Source of the DNA: an uncultured Candidatus Saccharibacteria bacterium
GTDB lineage: Bacteria; Patescibacteriota; Minisyncoccia; Phycocordibacterales; PALSA-1337
Direction of reading: 5' to 3'
Length of the DNA: 64,000 bases
Assembly (NCBI GenBank): GCA_964412585.1
Contig: CAYPPJ010000001.1
Coordinates: forward strand, 84,151-148,150
Shown piece by piece: positions 54,370 to 62,505 of this stretch (positions are counted from its first letter, which is position 1; the number at the start of each line of letters is the position of its first letter). The translations under genes were made by a program, and so were the position numbers. The notes below the pieces were generated by a model, which did not search any database, was not told the DNA's origin, and saw only the letters and a program-made list of their open reading frames with translations.

Positions 54370-54822
54370 ATGAACGAAACGATATTTGACTTGAAACGAA
54401 AAATACTCAGGCAGAAAGTCGGGGATCCAAAAGGTCCGTGGGATAAATTCTACGAATACCTTGTTGCCGAAGCGTCAACGACTCTGCCAAACAAACCCAA
54501 CTGGGAAGCGCAAGCTCTCTTTGAGATGATCCAGACAGCGTTTGACGGTAGTGGTACTAACGACCCAGTACTCGTCAGTCCATACCTTCTACACAACATG
54601 GCGGCATGTGCCAAAGTGGCCCTCAACCATGACCAGCAGGACACTATCGCTTGGACAGACTATGACAACGTGCTCGGGAGAACATATGCTGGTTTTGCCT
54701 TCACAGTGATTCACGCCATCAAAAACGGTACTACGATCGAAAGTGAAGGTCAAACGTATCTGGGTGGCCTCCGCGTACCCCAATGGTTTGTTGTGTGGGC
54801 TCGCACTAACGCAGTCACCTAA
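54370..54822 (+). CDS. Hypothetical protein (150 aa) in a higher-GC islet
   Basis: Intact ORF with local GC near 50%. I recognised no domain. Confidence 0.45.
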   Translation: MNETIFDLKRKILRQKVGDPKGPWDKFYEYLVAEASTTLPNKPNWEAQALFEMIQTAFDGSGTNDPVLVSPYLLHNMAACAKVALNHDQQDTIAWTDYDNVLGRTYAGFAFTVIHAIKNGTTIESEGQTYLGGLRVPQWFVVWARTNAVT

Positions 54823-54829
54823 AAGCGTT

Positions 54830-55240
54830 ATGAGCACGCAAAATGCGCATACAAAGGCCGCACAGCAGGTAGACGAGGACCTGCATCTCCTTGTCAACTT
54901 CCTCAGACATCTACCGCCTGAACATCATAATGAGTATTCAAGACTCTTGAAGAGGGTGGCGATAAACATGGCAATGATGTCCGTCGAGGACCTTGCCAGT
55001 TCAAATCAGTTAGTCGAGCAGTGCCGGCGACTCAAACTGTCGAGTGACACCTTCTTTGGGATCATTGTGAAAATGATGGGAGCAACGAATGGTACGAGTG
55101 CCGCTGAGGCCATCATGCCTCACGTACTCGAACTTCAACGCTTCCTCAAAGAGCTCGACGCTCCTGCACCGACTGATGCGGACGCTCGAGCGCTTGCTGA
55201 AACCCAAATAGCTGCACTGCTCGCAAAACAGAAGCAGTAA
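54830..55240 (+). CDS. Hypothetical protein (about 136 aa), probably translationally coupled to the preceding gene
   Basis: Its ATG sits 8 nt after the upstream stop. The protein is helical and Ala/Leu-rich. A terminator follows. Confidence 0.4.
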   Translation: MSTQNAHTKAAQQVDEDLHLLVNFLRHLPPEHHNEYSRLLKRVAINMAMMSVEDLASSNQLVEQCRRLKLSSDTFFGIIVKMMGATNGTSAAEAIMPHVLELQRFLKELDAPAPTDADARALAETQIAALLAKQKQ

Positions 55241-55258
55241 AACACGCTTCATCCAACA

Positions 55259-55288
55259 CCCGCCGGTCACTCGGCGGGTCTTTTATTT
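55259..55288 (+). terminator. Rho-independent terminator
   Basis: CCCGCCG-gtcact-CGGCGGG is followed by TCTTTTATTT. Confidence 0.7.
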
Positions 55289-55293
55289 GAGAC

Positions 55294-56298
55294 TTATTCC
55301 TTCACCAATATCACCCCAGCAATCAGAACCACAAATAATACTAATTTGTGTATCACTTTCTTCCTATGCAAGTCTTCCTTAAAAAGCTTTGGGAATACAC
55401 CTCGTCCCAACCACGCATACACAATGAGAAAAAACGGCGCAGAAATAGTGATCCCTTTCACCACACTGACTGAGGTAAGTGAGATCGCTGAACTCTCGGA
55501 CACCTGTCCCAAAAATGTGAAAAGCTCTTCGAGCAAAAACAGTGGGGATAATTTAATAAAAAGTGGTAACACAGCCCGCGCATCCTGACGTACGGTTTTT
55601 GAGAATAACAACATAATCGCAAACAAGAGACCAATGATCGCTTCTCCACCAACTGCAGTACTAATGCTTACACCTTGATCGAAAAGCAATTTAAGGAAAA
55701 CCCCTTCAAAAGACAGGAGAAATGCGGCTAAACCGATATACCAAATAGCTTTGCTAAATTTGAAGTGTTTTTTTGCTCGATGCAGTCCGAGCATAACTAC
55801 GGATATAATTATGAGTCCGATACCAAGATATTGCTGAAGATCGAGAACCTCTCCAACAATAACAAACGCAAAAATGGGCACAAATATTCTTCCTATTGCA
55901 AAAAATGAGATGGCAACTGATGTATCATCTGACCGTAAGCCTTGATAATAAGGGTATAAATATCCAACCCCTACCAATCCTAGAACAATAAATATAGGAA
56001 TGGTATGGAGTGGCGGCAATTCCGGTGGAGAAAATGCAAATAAGATTGGTATGAAAATGAGATTGAAGAGCGATGTGTAAAAAACAACGGTCAGTGGATG
56101 TTTAAATTCCTTTGTGACTAGAAATTCATCAAAGATCTCGGCAACGGCGTAGAAAGCTGGCGATAGAAAGGCGTAGAGGAGCCACATGGGGGAAATTATA
56201 GCATATGAAATATGACCTTCTCCCCACACAGAAAAGTTGCTATAGTAGTATGCATGAACCCAGACCAGCTCGCACATCTTCGCCACACCCTCGCCCAT
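55294..56298 (-). CDS. EamA/DMT-superfamily transporter (10 TM)
   Basis: Two repeated five-helix halves give an EamA-like hydropathy profile. The true start may be an internal Met near 56187. Confidence 0.6.
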   Translation of the reverse strand: MGEGVAKMCELVWVHAYYYSNFSVWGEGHISYAIISPMWLLYAFLSPAFYAVAEIFDEFLVTKEFKHPLTVVFYTSLFNLIFIPILFAFSPPELPPLHTIPIFIVLGLVGVGYLYPYYQGLRSDDTSVAISFFAIGRIFVPIFAFVIVGEVLDLQQYLGIGLIIISVVMLGLHRAKKHFKFSKAIWYIGLAAFLLSFEGVFLKLLFDQGVSISTAVGGEAIIGLLFAIMLLFSKTVRQDARAVLPLFIKLSPLFLLEELFTFLGQVSESSAISLTSVSVVKGITISAPFFLIVYAWLGRGVFPKLFKEDLHRKKVIHKLVLFVVLIAGVILVKE

Positions 56299-58002
56299 CT
56301 CACTGCCGCCGCGGTGCTCGAACTTTTTCCTGAAACAAAACCAACCATCGGTCCTGCCATCGATAATGGTTTTTACTATGACTTTGAATTCAAGGAGCCG
56401 ATCACCGAAAAGGATCTCAAAGATATAGAAAAGAAGATGCGCAAGCTCTTGCCTTCATGGCAGGAAATGTCGGGCAAAGAAGTCTCAACCGATGAAGCTC
56501 GTGCCGCATTTACGGGTAACCAATACAAGCTTGAACTCATCGACGAGATCATCGCGAAAGGTGAAAAAATCACTCTCTACACCGCCGGTACATTTACCGA
56601 CCTCTGTCGTGGTGGTCATAGCGAGAGTCCTGCCAAGGATATTCCTTCTGATTGTTTCAAACTTTCTCGACTTGCTGGCGCCTACTGGCGCGGAGATGAA
56701 AAAAATACCCAGCTCACCCGTATCTACGGCCTCGCCTTTGCCACAAAGGAAGAATTGGACGCGTATGAAAATATGGTCAAAGAAGCTGAGAAGCGTGACC
56801 ATCGCAAATTGGGCAAAGAGCTTGATCTCTTTGAATTTGACGATGATGTGGGCCCTGGACTTCCCCTTTGGCTACCCAACGGCACAGTTTTGGTCGAGGA
56901 ACTAGAAAAATTGGCGAAGGAAACCGAATTTAGGATGGGCTATGTCCGTGTTCGCACCCCTCATATCGCCAAGGAGTCTATGTATTTGAAGAGTGGGCAT
57001 CTCCCGTACTATCAGGAATCCATGTATCCTCCGATGGAATACGAGGGTGGCAAATATTACCTCAAGGCCATGAACTGCCCTCACCACCACAAGATCTTTG
57101 CCGCTCGACCAAAGAGTTACCGTGACCTACCACTTCGTCTGGCTGAATACGGCACCTGCTATCGTCACGAAAAATCGGGCGAACTCTTTGGCCTCATGCG
57201 CGTACGCACGCTCCAGATGAACGACGCCCATATCTACTGTAGTGATGAACAATTCGCACAGGAATTCAACGCCGTCAATGAAATGTATCTTAAGTACTTC
57301 AAGATATTTGGTGTTGATAAATATGTTATGCGCTTCTCGACTCATGACCCAAAGCGTCTGGGCGAAAAGTTTGTGAACGAACCAGAGCTCTGGAAAAAGA
57401 CCGAGGACATGGTCAGAAAGGTCCTCGTTGATTCAAAGATTCCTTTCGTTGAAGTCCCCAACGAAGCCGCCTTCTATGGTCCAAAGATTGACGTGCAAGT
57501 CTGGAGCGCCATTGGTCGTGAATTTACCTTGGCCACAAACCAAGTCGACTTTGCTGTACCAAAGCGTTTTGACCTTACCTACACAGACAAGGACGGTACC
57601 GCCAAGACACCTCTCTGCATTCATCGCGCGCCACTCGGCACTCATGAGCGATTCATCGGCTTTCTCATTGAACATTATGGTGGCAACTTCCCTCTCTGGC
57701 TTTCTCCTACACAGGTTCAAGTGATACCAGTCGCCGATACACACACAGCTGAGGCAGAGAAGGTCAACAACGCACTCCGAGCACGAATGATTCGTTCGGA
57801 AGCTGATCTTTCACATGACAATTTTGGCAAAAAAATACGTGCCGCTAAAAATGCACGTGTACCCTATACGATCATTATTGGAGACAAAGATATTCAAGCT
57901 GGCAAAGTGACTCTTGAAAGTCGCGACAAAGGTCAGATTGGTCAGCTGAGTATAGAAGAGGTGGTGAAAAAGATGGTGGAAGAGATTGGAGAGAGGAAAT
58001 AA
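56254..58002 (+). CDS. thrS: Threonyl-tRNA synthetase lacking the N-terminal TGS (N1) domain
   Basis: The sequence starts inside the N2 editing-domain homology (LAHLRHTLAHL...GPAIDNGFYYD aligns with E. coli ThrRS from about residue 66). It continues through the class II core and anticodon-binding domain. The ORF-track start is at 56212. Confidence 0.85.
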   Translation: MNPDQLAHLRHTLAHLTAAAVLELFPETKPTIGPAIDNGFYYDFEFKEPITEKDLKDIEKKMRKLLPSWQEMSGKEVSTDEARAAFTGNQYKLELIDEIIAKGEKITLYTAGTFTDLCRGGHSESPAKDIPSDCFKLSRLAGAYWRGDEKNTQLTRIYGLAFATKEELDAYENMVKEAEKRDHRKLGKELDLFEFDDDVGPGLPLWLPNGTVLVEELEKLAKETEFRMGYVRVRTPHIAKESMYLKSGHLPYYQESMYPPMEYEGGKYYLKAMNCPHHHKIFAARPKSYRDLPLRLAEYGTCYRHEKSGELFGLMRVRTLQMNDAHIYCSDEQFAQEFNAVNEMYLKYFKIFGVDKYVMRFSTHDPKRLGEKFVNEPELWKKTEDMVRKVLVDSKIPFVEVPNEAAFYGPKIDVQVWSAIGREFTLATNQVDFAVPKRFDLTYTDKDGTAKTPLCIHRAPLGTHERFIGFLIEHYGGNFPLWLSPTQVQVIPVADTHTAEAEKVNNALRARMIRSEADLSHDNFGKKIRAAKNARVPYTIIIGDKDIQAGKVTLESRDKGQIGQLSIEEVVKKMVEEIGERK

Positions 58003-58040
58003 AATAAAAAAGTGCCCGGCGAAGTATAACCTCCACCGGG
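58001..58040 (-). terminator. Candidate intrinsic terminator on the minus strand
   Basis: A GCCCGG ... CCGGGC stem is followed on the minus strand by ACTTTTTTATTTT. Confidence 0.5.
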
Positions 58041-58047
58041 CTTTCGC

Positions 58048-58281
58048 TTAATCGAACTTGTCCATCAGACTTTCCTCAGCGCATTGGAGAATCTGATTGT
58101 GAGTCATACTGAGCTTCTGTCGGATTTCCAACTGCTCACGTTCGATATCCCCGTTTTTGCCCAGCTTTGCCTTGAAGGCAAGCTGGGCGTACCGCAGGAC
58201 CAACTGTTTTTGTTCATTGTCCACGGTACACCTCCTTTCGAAGGACATACTCAAAGGCGATGAGAATGGCGAGCTTGCCAT
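58048..58281 (-). CDS. Hypothetical small protein (66-77 aa)
   Basis: Intact ORF in a region of higher GC. It overlaps the 3' end of the upstream gene. Start is ambiguous (58281 or 58248). Confidence 0.4.
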   Translation of the reverse strand: MASSPFSSPLSMSFERRCTVDNEQKQLVLRYAQLAFKAKLGKNGDIEREQLEIRQKLSMTHNQILQCAEESLMDKFD

Positions 58282-58666
58282 AAGCAGCTCTCCCGCCAGT
58301 CACCATCTTCGAGCTCCACGTTGTGTCCTTACCTGCTTTTTTCAGCACACGGATAAGGATGTTGATCGACGCAATTGTTGCGTCATGAACGGTGCCGCGA
58401 ATCTGTTCAATCTCCGCACGCGTACCATCCATGTTTGATTCTTGCCCACGGGCGACGACCTGTTCGAACCTGCACACCGTCTCGGCATACCGGAGCGAAT
58501 AGGTTACCATATCCCGCAAACAATCCTCTAAAGTCTCATTCCCCTGGCACAGGGCATCGAGACTTTCGAAAGAAATAAATGGGTTTTTCAAACCCTTCAT
58601 TCCCTGTGCCTTAGGAGGAACATCAGGTGCAAGCACTCTGACCTCCTCATGTGATATTGTTGTCAT
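58214..58666 (-). CDS. Hypothetical protein (150 aa)
   Basis: Intact ORF in a region of higher GC. I recognised no domain. Confidence 0.45.
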   Translation of the reverse strand: MTTISHEEVRVLAPDVPPKAQGMKGLKNPFISFESLDALCQGNETLEDCLRDMVTYSLRYAETVCRFEQVVARGQESNMDGTRAEIEQIRGTVHDATIASINILIRVLKKAGKDTTWSSKMVTGGRAAYGKLAILIAFEYVLRKEVYRGQ

Positions 58667-58801
58667 TGATCTACCTCAAGTACTATTATAGCACACTATG
58701 TGCCATTTAGTCAATAGACATTATATAATCCATATTTTAAGCCATATTTTTGCATACAAAAAACCGCCCTCCCCTTTGGAAAGAGCGGTGCGGAAACAAC
58801 T

Positions 58802-59359
58802 TCAATCTTCACTTTCAACAGCCTTTCCTAAACCTTCCAGTATCTGAACATTGGGTAATAATGTAAAAAAACTGCCCGCGACCACTAATTTGGACTTTCG
58901 TATCCCACTCCCAATCACCACTAATGGGGCATCTGTTACAGCCTTGTCGACCAGCACTGACCAGCTCGTTGGGAGTCCAACAGAAGTGATCGCACCGTAT
59001 TCCATCCCTGATTCCTTCACCGCCTTTTGCATTTGTGCAAATGAAACCTTGCGAGCATCAAGAATTCGGCGCGCCAACCCATTCACATCCGCGCGAGTAT
59101 TACTCAAAATAGCGCAGGCTGCAAACCAAGTCCGCTCCCCTCTTTTGGCTTCAAGAATGACGCAATTTGAAACTTGGTCCCGATTTATTTGATAGGTTGA
59201 ACAAAACGCAGCAGTATCCGAGGCCACCGGATCAATCTCCACAACACCAATATTATCTGCGCCAGGCAGTATTGCCAACGCGGCCGCGACAGATGGCGAC
59301 ATCAGTTCGGGGTGCTCTAGAGCTGGTACGCAAGTTAGGGTGCCAATTTTTATATTCAT
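58802..59359 (-). CDS. YbaK/ProX-like aminoacyl-tRNA deacylase (putative trans-editing factor)
   Basis: At 185 aa the size and layout resemble the YbaK/ProX fold (...ITSVGLPTSWSVLVDKAV..., with Gly-rich loops). The assignment is tentative. Confidence 0.5.
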   Translation of the reverse strand: MNIKIGTLTCVPALEHPELMSPSVAAALAILPGADNIGVVEIDPVASDTAAFCSTYQINRDQVSNCVILEAKRGERTWFAACAILSNTRADVNGLARRILDARKVSFAQMQKAVKESGMEYGAITSVGLPTSWSVLVDKAVTDAPLVVIGSGIRKSKLVVAGSFFTLLPNVQILEGLGKAVESED

Positions 59360-59679
59360 ATGTTTTTCAAAGAATACACATCATACGCAACCTCTTCATA
59401 CGGATGCACATTCTTCATTGCCTCAATAACAGCCTTCAGTTTTTCACGCGCACAAGTGACCTCAATTCGCTCTTCAAGAATTTCTTCAATCTTCCCTACA
59501 GTTCCTATAAATGGATTCGCACCATCACCCGGCTTTGAGCGCCCAATACCTTTTACTGAAAATGAACAAAAGCTGTAGTTGCCGATTTGACCTGCGCCGG
59601 CCTGAGCCATTGCCTCACGAACAACATCCGTGTGGGTTTCTGGAACATACACAACAATTTTTACATTTTTTGAATCCAT
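59356..59679 (-). CDS. PII/CutA-like fold small protein (NIF3-insert / CutA1-like)
   Basis: VKIVVYVPETHTDVVREAMAQAGAG...HPYEEVAYDV resembles CutA1 and PII-like domains. Tentative. Confidence 0.45.
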   Translation of the reverse strand: MDSKNVKIVVYVPETHTDVVREAMAQAGAGQIGNYSFCSFSVKGIGRSKPGDGANPFIGTVGKIEEILEERIEVTCAREKLKAVIEAMKNVHPYEEVAYDVYSLKNI

Positions 59680-60554
59680 GTTTTTATTTGATCAGCCAAT
59701 TGCTGTTCATACCTATAATATCCATGATTAGCATCTCCCAAAATTACCGTTTCAACTCGAGAAGAATGTACCATGGCACCTTTAATTCGGCTCATCATTT
59801 CTTCAATAGGAACTGACAGTGCGCTGTCTTTTCTTCCCATTATAGTAATACTTGGAAGAGTAATCATAGCTAACACACTCAACGGGTTATTTTTTTGATA
59901 CAGATTAAATATCGAGACTTTTGATTCATTCGTTGAAAGGTCTATGAATGTATTGGCCGATAAATAACAATCATCCCAAATAAGTCCAGGCATGAGTTCA
60001 CCACCTTTTCCTTCTGCGATCATCTTTTGTGCCACATTGATGTCATGATCGTAATTCTTATCAGCAACCGCAAGACCAACCATGTCTGCTGGAGAAAGAA
60101 ATAGGAGCGACGTAAGACGTGTATCCTTGGTTTCAGTGCTATAGTATGCAATTTTCGGTCCACCAAGACTATGACCTGAAAGGTGTATTCTTGAAAAACC
60201 TCTACTTGAAATAAAATCAATCGCCGTGCGAATATCTAACAAGCAATCGGTAAACCGTTCAAACGTATCGCCAAACCTCACAATTTTACGCCGCTCCCCT
60301 TCATATTGCGTCAAATCCTTGATAAATTCACACCCACGATTATTAAAAGTAAAAAACGCAATGCCTTCAGAGGTAAGTGTCTGGGCAATTGAGTCAAGAA
60401 ATCTATTCTCATAGAAATTCCCCGCCATACCATGTACGTGGACAAGGATGCTCTTTGTCACTACCTCAGGTTCATACAAAAGTCCCACAAGTTCTATTTG
60501 ATCAGAAGTAACCATGCGGCAGAGTGATGTTTTCATACAGACATTATGCCACAC
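59661..60554 (-). CDS. Alpha/beta-fold hydrolase (serine hydrolase)
   Basis: Nucleophile elbow GHSLGG. An HGMAGN oxyanion region lies upstream. A catalytic His candidate lies near the C-terminus (DANHGYY). Confidence 0.7.
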   Translation of the reverse strand: MWHNVCMKTSLCRMVTSDQIELVGLLYEPEVVTKSILVHVHGMAGNFYENRFLDSIAQTLTSEGIAFFTFNNRGCEFIKDLTQYEGERRKIVRFGDTFERFTDCLLDIRTAIDFISSRGFSRIHLSGHSLGGPKIAYYSTETKDTRLTSLLFLSPADMVGLAVADKNYDHDINVAQKMIAEGKGGELMPGLIWDDCYLSANTFIDLSTNESKVSIFNLYQKNNPLSVLAMITLPSITIMGRKDSALSVPIEEMMSRIKGAMVHSSRVETVILGDANHGYYRYEQQLADQIKTWIQKM

Positions 60555-60653
60555 AATGAAATCTCCAGCGAATCTTTATCAATTCTTCACCATTTCTTCA
60601 TTTCGTTTTGATACAGTCGGCAGGTGGGAGGAATTTCCTCTCCACGTGGGCCC

Positions 60654-60858
60654 GGAGGTGGTCCTCGACTCATTTTCGCTAACTTGGGTTTACGGGTTCG
60701 ACTCCTCAATGAGCACATTGACCTACTGGGCGTCGGGTCCACAATCAACTTGACAAGACCAGTCAAACTGATAAAGTTGTTCCATTAGCGAAGATGAGTC
60801 GAATAGGTGCAAGACCACCTCAAAACAAAAACCCGCCTCTCGGCGGATTTTTGTTTGA
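60654..60858 (+). ncRNA. Candidate rod-shaped small RNA of about 200 nt (6S-like or SRP-like); identity unresolved
   Basis: There is no ORF. A long-range interrupted helix pairs GAGGTGGTC (60655-63) with GACCACCTC (60813-21), CGACTCAT (60666-73) with ATGAGTCG (60794-801), and TCGCTAA (60676-82) with TTAGCGA (60786-92). It ends in a hairpin plus T-run terminator. Confidence 0.35.
60832..60858 (+). terminator. Candidate intrinsic terminator
   Basis: CCGCC-tctc-GGCGG is followed by ATTTTTGTTTG. Confidence 0.5.
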
Positions 60859-60900
60859 TAACATTTTTATTTTGGAGTCGCACCCGTCGCTTGCTCTTCC

Positions 60901-60928
60901 TAATTACTAGTTACTCATTACTAATCTC
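60901..60928 (-). repeat. Copy 3 of the recurring intergenic motif (minus orientation)
   Basis: The minus strand reads GAGATTAGTAATGAGTAACTAGTAATTA immediately after the surface-protein gene stop. Confidence 0.55.
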
Positions 60929-60934
60929 TTGTGT

Positions 60935-62227
60935 TTATATCTTCGGACGATTGAATATAAGATAGACAACCGTTGCGAAGAGAACCAAGATAATCAAGAT
61001 AGCGACCCAACCCCATGGAACATTCTTCAACGAGAAGAGTGCTGCGGCTGAGAGACCATTTGAATTTTGATTGGTATTAGGCTGAACCTGTTGAACAGGC
61101 TGCTGTACTGGCTGCGTAGGTGCAGCTGCTGTTGCTGAACGCACAGTGACACTGGTGCTACATGCACGAGTCGCTGTCTTTCCGTCTGCAGATTTGACTG
61201 AGACGATAGCGCTCTTGTCGCCTGTTGAAGTGTAGTACTTGATCGCTGTGCTGTCTGTACCACCCAAGCCGTCAGAACCGGTCCAGGTATAGGTATACGA
61301 ACCAACACCACCAGTTACTTCAGCTCTCCAGGTAACTGGCTGGTTGACGCGAACAGTTGATGGATCTGCATAACATGCAACATCGAGGCCGCTGTTATTT
61401 GAACCAGTGACAACTGGAATGACACCGCCATAGTATCCGCCAACATTGACGTTGCCACAGTTTGCGGTCATAGTCTGACCATTTGAATAAATAGTCACAC
61501 TTGCGGTCTTTAGACCAGGGATCGGATAGGTGTAATACATTGACTGACTTACACCATAGAGACCATCGGTACCTGACCAGCTATAGCTATAGACACCACT
61601 ACCACCTGATGGATATGCGCTCCACGTAACAGAGTTACCTGAATTTGCATACAATGTGCTTGCAGAACAAGTCACGTACAATGCAGGACCATAGGTATTG
61701 TAATTGTAATTTGGGTAGGTGTTGTAATAGTTCGGATACGTGTTGTAGTTATAATTTGGGTATATATTGTAATCATAACTTACATCACCTGAGATACGAG
61801 CTGTTCCATCACAAATCTTAGTGACAGATTGACCACCAGATGTGACAGTTACGCTCGCACTCTTTGAACCAGAACGATAGTAAATTTTTGAGATAGAAGA
61901 GCCGTAGCCTGAGAGACTGTCGTCACCAGACCATGTGAAATTGTAGGAACCGTTACCTCCGTACGCAGAAGCAACCCAGTTGACTGAATCTCCTGTGCGC
62001 GCAGAAATCGGCATCGGGTAACAGGTAGCCTGAAGTGGCCCCTGATCATTTCGTGGCGGCTGATGATAGTAATTATTATCGTAGTTGTACGACGGAGTAC
62101 CGTAGTAGCCACGATCATAGTAGTCAGCACGAGCCTGACTCGGATTCATCGCGATAACACCAAGAGCGAGCATGAGTGACATGACGCCAAGGGTCATAAA
62201 GCTTATTGTGCGGGTAATGTTTTTCAT
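60935..62227 (-). CDS. Cell-surface protein with three Cys-bracketed Ig/PKD-like repeats, Tyr/Asn-rich low-complexity linkers and a C-terminal TM anchor
   Basis: A signal peptide is followed by three repeats of about 90 aa (C...G(D/N)SV.W.A...GG.GSY.(F/Y)(T/S)W(S/T)G.DGL...K(S/T)A.V.V.S..G.T..C). The linker reads NIYPNYNYNTYPNYYNTYPNYNYNTY. The C-terminus reads WGWVAILIILVLFATVVYLIF. Confidence 0.65.
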   Translation of the reverse strand: MKNITRTISFMTLGVMSLMLALGVIAMNPSQARADYYDRGYYGTPSYNYDNNYYHQPPRNDQGPLQATCYPMPISARTGDSVNWVASAYGGNGSYNFTWSGDDSLSGYGSSISKIYYRSGSKSASVTVTSGGQSVTKICDGTARISGDVSYDYNIYPNYNYNTYPNYYNTYPNYNYNTYGPALYVTCSASTLYANSGNSVTWSAYPSGGSGVYSYSWSGTDGLYGVSQSMYYTYPIPGLKTASVTIYSNGQTMTANCGNVNVGGYYGGVIPVVTGSNNSGLDVACYADPSTVRVNQPVTWRAEVTGGVGSYTYTWTGSDGLGGTDSTAIKYYTSTGDKSAIVSVKSADGKTATRACSTSVTVRSATAAAPTQPVQQPVQQVQPNTNQNSNGLSAAALFSLKNVPWGWVAILIILVLFATVVYLIFNRPKI

Positions 62228-62358
62228 AAATGGTTATATCACTACAATATGGCTATATTAAGCCATATAGTAATCATACGGCTCTTATATGTAGTAATGG
62301 TCAGTATTCTATACTAAAATATAGAAAAAGTCAAGTGTCAACTATTACAACGCCTTGA

Positions 62359-62463
62359 GCACCACGCACCGAGAAGTGTCTTGTCGTTCCAATAAAAGAT
62401 ATGGTTTGCGGATAGAGTGGTAGCTACTATTTGCACTCCAAGACACTTCTCGGTGCGTGGTGC
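62359..62463. repeat. Perfect 25-bp inverted repeat with a 55-nt spacer, abutting the hisS promoter
   Basis: GCACCACGCACCGAGAAGTGTCTTG (62359-83) is the exact reverse complement of CAAGACACTTCTCGGTGCGTGGTGC (62439-63). Confidence 0.7.
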
Positions 62464-62471
62464 GAAACTAC

Positions 62472-62499
62472 TTACACTTTGGTAATAATTTGCTACAAT
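62472..62499 (+). promoter_or_regulatory. Promoter candidate TTACAC, 16-nt spacer, TACAAT, predicting a leaderless or near-leaderless hisS mRNA
   Basis: The -10 ends 6 nt before the hisS ATG at 62506. No Shine-Dalgarno is possible in that space. Confidence 0.4.
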
Positions 62500-62505
62500 G
62501 GCCCC

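Noticed and set aside
54743-54830. Programmed frameshift or pseudogene joining ORFs 54370..54822 and 54743..55240
   Set aside because: The second frame only shows an in-frame ATG at 54830, 8 nt after the first stop. The apparent 80-nt overlap comes from counting an upstream GTG. Two adjacent genes is the simpler reading.
60690-60710. The GGTTCGACTCC element, read as a possible tRNA 3' half or tRNA gene
   Set aside because: Flanking bases do not form a T-stem (ACGGG against CCTCA) or an acceptor stem. No cloverleaf can be drawn on either strand.
62340-62505. T-box riboswitch upstream of hisS
   Set aside because: I found no T-box consensus (AGGGUGGNACCGCG), no specifier-loop or Stem I features, and no antiterminator/terminator pair. 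The predicted promoter also leaves no leader at all.
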